DNA of 62,940 nt, the filler included, from Octopus bimaculoides (lineage: Eukaryota), in assembly GCF_001194135.2 (NCBI RefSeq). It is 4 parts of 4 records of this genome, joined end to end, with 100 filler letters (N's around TTAATTAATTAA, not from the genome) between each part and the next. Parts side by side here need not be neighbours in the genome. Positions count along the whole stretch, not along the records: positions 60,088 to 62,940 come from NC_068981.1; 3 more parts are not named here. The stretch is one strand, 5' to 3'. Each line of letters starts with the position of its first letter. The first letter of the stretch is position 1. The notes below the pieces were generated by a model. It worked only from the letters and a program-made list of their open reading frames with translations. It did no database searches and was not told the DNA's origin. Shown here in pieces: positions 62,558 through 62,940 of the stretch. A program made the translations under genes and the position numbers.

Positions 62558-62940
62558 CTGTAAAAGAATCAAAGGCGCTACTTTCCTTCCTAATTGAATG
62601 ATGGAAAAAAAATTCTTGCACTGTCAGTGAGATGAGTGACAATGATGTTCAGTTTTAAATATGCGGGTTTAGGGAGGAGAGGGAAAGAGTTACCGTCGTA
62701 TCCAAACGGATAGAACTTGAATCTCGATAAAAATAAACAGGGTTTTTCATATGAAAACAGATGCCATGATATCGTTTTATTTTTATCGTTTTATTTTCTT
62801 TAGGATTTATTTATTGATAAAGAATAGACAAAAAAGAAAAAACAAATACTCCAGATTTCATTTATTTTTATGGGTTTTTTTTTATACATATAAACTTTGC
62901 AGGTATTGCAAACTTGTGACATCCGTGCGGGCAATGATCA

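Overview
AT-rich, repeat-dominated animal genomic DNA with many N gaps. The repeat set (tRNA-headed SINEs, RTE LINEs with ATG tails, dense dinucleotide and tetranucleotide microsatellites) resembles an octopus or other coleoid cephalopod draft assembly; this is inference from pattern recognition only. Almost every ORF in the supplied track is a microsatellite, gap or transposon artefact. I can name no host protein-coding gene, and I found no rRNA, functional tRNA or CRISPR array. Supported content: several modular SINE families, RTE and L1/Tx1 fragments, a decayed FLYWCH-MULE transposase, mariner- and piggyBac-type MITEs, foldback elements and minisatellites. The most interesting signal is a set of minimal type I hammerhead-ribozyme-like motifs of the Penelope-like-element kind in at least three unrelated repeat families. 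One is a tRNA-headed element with a hammerhead tail, present as a head-to-head inverted pair at 38411-38762. A CpG-depleted block at about 37-56 kb with minus-strand exon candidates suggests an unannotated, body-methylated host gene. All counts and alignments were done by eye.
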